Positions 60,520 through 64,000 of a stretch of DNA of 64,000 bases are shown here, in pieces. The position numbers were made by a program, and so were the translations under genes. Positions within the stretch are counted from its first letter, which is position 1, and each line of letters starts with the position of its first letter. The stretch lies in assembly GCF_006345805.1 (NCBI RefSeq), contig NW_021833020.1, forward strand, positions 11,198 through 75,197. The letters run 5' to 3'. The notes below the pieces were generated by a model. The model was not told the origin of the DNA, searched no databases, and was given only the letters and a program-made list of their open reading frames with translations. This DNA comes from Octopus sinensis. Lineage: Eukaryota.

Positions 60520-60764
60520 ATGTATGTATGTATGTATGTATGTATGTATGTATTATGTATGTATGTATGTATGTATGTATGTATGTATGTATGTATGTAT
60601 TATGTATGTATGTATGTATGTATGTATGTATGTATGTATGTATGTATTATGTATGTACGTATTTATGTATGTATGTATGTATGTATGTATGTATGTATGT
60701 ATGTATTATGTATGTATGTATGTATTATGTATGTATGTATGTATGTATGTATGTATGTATGTAT
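60520..60764. repeat. (TATG)n microsatellite with periodic TAT interruptions
   Basis: Visible directly; a second pure tract at ~60133-60189. Confidence 0.95.
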
Positions 60765-60853
60765 GACGGGCAGAAAAAGCGCTCCGAAGATACACTCAAA
60801 GCCTCACTGAAGTGCTTTCAGATCAACTCTAACACCTGGGAAATGTAGGCACA
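60765..60853 (+). mobile_element. Short RTE fragment, inverted copy of 61166-61250
   Basis: Translates GQKKRSEDTLKASLKCFQINSNTWEM*AQ versus GEGKKRFENTLKASLKCFQINSDSWEMQAQ on the minus strand. Confidence 0.85.
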
Positions 60854-60854
60854 A

Positions 60855-60952
60855 TTTTCAGTCATTGGTGGCGGCCATGTCGGGGTACCACCGTGTTTGG
60901 TTTAGTCGAACAAATCAATCCTAGTACGCATTTTTAAGCCTAGCACTTATTT
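60855..60952 (-). mobile_element. SINE family A tail fragment
   Basis: TTTCAGTCATTGGTGGCGGCCATGTCGGGGTACCACCG...TTTAGTCGAACAAATC...AAGCCTAGCACTTATT. Confidence 0.55.
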
Positions 60953-62183
60953 CCGAGCCGTCGTTGTCGACGATGACCAGGATATCACAATGGGAGAAGA
61001 CAGGCCACGCTGCACCCGGTTATGCCGCAGGTCGGGCACTAGTTTTTGCTGAGAATGAAAGCAAGGAATGAAAGCTCTGAACTAGTACAGCTCACATTTT
61101 CTTTGTGCTCCTGTTCGTAAGAAGCGGCACCTTTGTTGATGCAGCTACAGTAGGTAGGGACGTCCTGTGCCTGCATTTCCCAGCTGTCGGAGTTGATCTG
61201 AAAACACTTCAGTGAGGCTTTCAGAGTATTTTCGAAGCGCTTTTTTCCCTCACCTTGTGTGTGCTTGCCCTCTGCGAATTCACTGTAAAGCAATCTTATG
61301 GCTAGTTGTGTGTCACGCATTGGAACAAGGTGGCTTTCCCACCTGATCTGCGCTCTCCTTAGCAGAGTGTAAATGCTTGGCGGATCAGCTCGAGGACTTC
61401 CGTGTCCTGGACCTTGTAGTGACATGGGATTTTCTATAGCTTTCTCAGACAGCTCATATGGAAAGTGGTTCAGCCGTTTGGCGTGGTGTTCGTAAACCAT
61501 CCAAGGTATATATTAGTGGAGGTGTACAACTGCTTGGTACATCTTCAACTTGGTGCCCACCCTAATACCTCTCTTCTCCCAAACTGATTCACGTAGATGC
61601 TCGGATGCTGAGCTCCTCTTTGCAATGCGTGTGTCGACTTCATTGTATATATTTATAGTTCTGTAGAGTGTGCTGCCAAAGTACGTGAATTTAACAAGCT
61701 TCAGGGTTTCCATTTCTACAGTGATAGTTGGTTCCACATACTGTTTTCGTGGGGCAGGTTGGTGCATGATCTCTGTCTTCCCAGTACTGATTGTGAGGCT
61801 AAAGTTGTTGCAGGCAACAGAAAAGCTGAGTATGAAGTCGTCTGTGAACAGGAAGCTGCACACTGAGTCCCCGTTTACCTTGGTCTTGGCCAGTAGTTTC
61901 CGCAGGATGAAGTGTCTGACATCAGTTCCGAATCTCTGACATTGACGCTGGTTTTGTTGATGCTACGGAAGCAATCATTCAGCATGGCTAGGAACATCAT
62001 GTTGTACAACATAGGTGCCTTGCTTGACTCCGTTAGCGGCTGAGAATGTGACAGAAGAATCTCCACAGTCCAGCACCCCTAGAATGTCGATAATGCCGTC
62101 GTGTAGCTGATGCACGACGCCGATTAATTTGTTTGGGCAGCCGAACTTCCAAAGCCCCTCACGACTGACGGTGTCAAATACAT
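60953..62183 (-). pseudogene. RTE (BovB-like) LINE, 5'-truncated RT pseudogene with 3' tail
   Basis: VFDTVSREGLW..GCP, FSAANGVKQG, LFTDD, LTISTGKTEIMHQP, FTYFGSTL..EVDTRIAK, RAQIRWESHL, GKKRFENTLK; tail GGTCATCGTCGACAACGACGG. Confidence 0.9.
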
Positions 62184-62238
62184 AATACGTACATACATAC
62201 ATACATACATACATACATACATACATACATACATACAT

Positions 62239-62306
<68 letters not shown>

Positions 62307-62340
62307 TATATATATATTATATATATATATATACACACAA

Positions 62341-62712
62341 GGTGGAAGCGCAATGGCCCAGTGGTTAGGGCAGCGACTCACGGTCATAGGATCGCGGTTT
62401 CGATTACCAGACCGGGCCGTTGTGAGTGTTTATTGAGCGAAAACACCTAAAGCTCCACGAGGCTCCGGCAGGGGATGGTGGTGATCCCTGCTGTACTCTT
62501 TCACCACAACTTTCTCTCACTCTTACTTCCTGTTTCTGTTGTACCTGTATTTCAAAGGACCGGCCTTGTCACTCTCTGTGTTACGCTGAATATCCCCGAG
62601 AACTACACGTGTCTGTGGAGTGCTCAGCCACTTACACATTAATTTCACGAGCAGGCTGTTCCGTTGATTCGGATCAACCGGAACCCTCATCGTCGTAACC
62701 GACGGAGTGCTT
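62341..62712 (+). mobile_element. tRNA-derived SINE family B, full length
   Basis: Colinear with the reverse complement of 35697-36086; A box TGGCCCAGTGG, B box GGTTTCGATTACC. Confidence 0.85.
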
Positions 62713-62731
62713 CAATATACACATACATACA

Positions 62732-62868
62732 TACGACAGTCTTTTTACAGTGTCCGTCTACCAAATTCACCCACAAGGGCTATAGTAAAAGATGCTCATC
62801 CAAGGTGCCACGCAATGGGACTGAGACCAAGACCACATTGTTAGGAAGCAAGCCTCTAACCATGCAGG
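62732..62868 (-). mobile_element. SINE family A 5' half
   Basis: CAGTGTCCGTCTACCAAATTCACCCACAAGG...CCAAGGTGCCACGCAATGGGACTGA...GGAAGCAAGCCTCTAACCA. Confidence 0.6.
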
Positions 62869-63084
62869 TAGGCCTATACACACACATACACAAACACACA
62901 TACATACACACACACATATGAATACACATATACACACACACATGTGTGTTGAACAGAATTAATGAGATCTATTATATTATGGATGCGCACAGTCTGATAT
63001 AAACTTTATCATATCTTATTTCAATACACTGTTTTTTTTTAATGTACAACACCATATTATGGAAGGTTCCATTATGCTACAATG

Positions 63085-63250
63085 GACGCTGGCATGGCTG
63101 TTTGGTAAGTGCTTTACATGCCAATCACGTGAGAATGTGTTCAGTCCCACTGCATGGTTCCTTGGGCAAATGTCTTCTATTATAGTCCTGGGCTGACAAA
63201 AGCCCTGTGAGAGTGGATTCTATGAGCGGAAACCGAGAGGAGACGTCGTA
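63085..63250 (+). mobile_element. SINE family A 5' half
   Basis: GGCATGGCTGTTTGGTAAG...GTGTTCAGTCCCACTGCATGGTTCCTTGGGCAAATGTCTTCTATTATAG. Confidence 0.6.
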
Positions 63251-63325
63251 CACACATGTGTGTGCGCTTTCATATATATCTACACACACACACATACAAA
63301 TATATATACATATATGCATACATAC

Positions 63326-63391
<66 letters not shown>

Positions 63392-63462
63392 CACGTACGT
63401 ATACATATATATATATATACGTAAATATATATAATATATATATATATGTATATATATATATA

Positions 63463-63494
<32 letters not shown>

Positions 63495-63495
63495 C

Positions 63496-63551
<56 letters not shown>

Positions 63552-63579
63552 AAGAGAGAGAGAGAGAGAGAGAGAGATA

Positions 63580-63850
63580 TCAGCGTCGCCATGACTGGCC
63601 CCGTGCCGGTGGCACGTAAAAAGCACCAACCGATCGTGGAGGTTGCCAGACTCGTCTGGCCCCTGTGCTGGTGGCACGTAAAAAGCACCCACTACACTCA
63701 CGGAGTGGTTGGTGTTAGGATGGCATCCAGCTGTAGAAACATTGCCAGATCAGACTGGGCCTGGTGCAGCCTTCTGGCTTCTCAGACCCCGGTCGAACTG
63801 TCCAACCCATGCTAGCATGGAAAACGGACGTTAAACTATTTTGATGATGA
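63580..63850 (+). mobile_element. SINE family E 3' part
   Basis: Duplicated GGTGGCACGTAAAAAGCACC, GGAGTGGTTGGTGTTAGGATGGCATCCAGCTGTAGAAAC and tail CAACCCATGCTAGCATGGAAAACGGACGTTAAA...(GAT)n. Confidence 0.6.
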
Positions 63851-63856
63851 TGTTGT

Positions 63857-63896
<40 letters not shown>

Positions 63897-63898
<2 letters not shown>

Positions 63899-64000
63899 TA
63901 ATACTAAGCAATAAGGGTTTAGCAACGAGTTGCCTTACCACATACCGAATTTAGAAATAGCAGTCAAAGGGTTATAGCTATTTCTTCTACTAAAAAGGGA
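63897..64000 (+). repeat. Second copy of the palindrome-arm repeat (cf. 36508-36615), cut by window end
   Basis: AAGTAATACTAAGCAATAAGGGTTTAGCAACGAGTTGCCTTACCACATACCGAATTTAGAAATAGCAGTCAAAG. Confidence 0.85.

Overview
Eukaryotic, AT-rich, repeat-dominated DNA with no intact host gene that I can support. The SINE families and the (TA)n/(TACA)n microsatellite load look like an octopod cephalopod (Octopus sp.); this is recognition from memory, not a search. About 39% of the window (5411-30180) is one array of ~440 copies of a 56-bp satellite monomer with nested higher-order duplications. 1.8 kb to its right is a 4.37-kb Helitron (31964-36337) with both termini intact (A|TC ... hairpin-CTAG|T), a 5'-truncated and frameshifted Rep-Pif1 gene, an internal duplication and a nested SINE. 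The rest is decayed mobile elements: RTE, CR1/L2 and R4-like LINEs, a Penelope RT-GIY-YIG remnant, mariner relics and at least five tRNA-type SINE families. The least obvious signal is a set of minimal type I hammerhead ribozyme motifs in Penelope-like terminal repeats. Two have fully canonical cores (46920-47007 and 48976-49052, minus strand), three are one or two changes away, and several are relics. Two of them share an extended helix II with a conserved internal loop despite covarying stems. Most ORFs in the supplied track are microsatellite or satellite artefacts. Coordinates of decayed elements are approximate (tens of bp).
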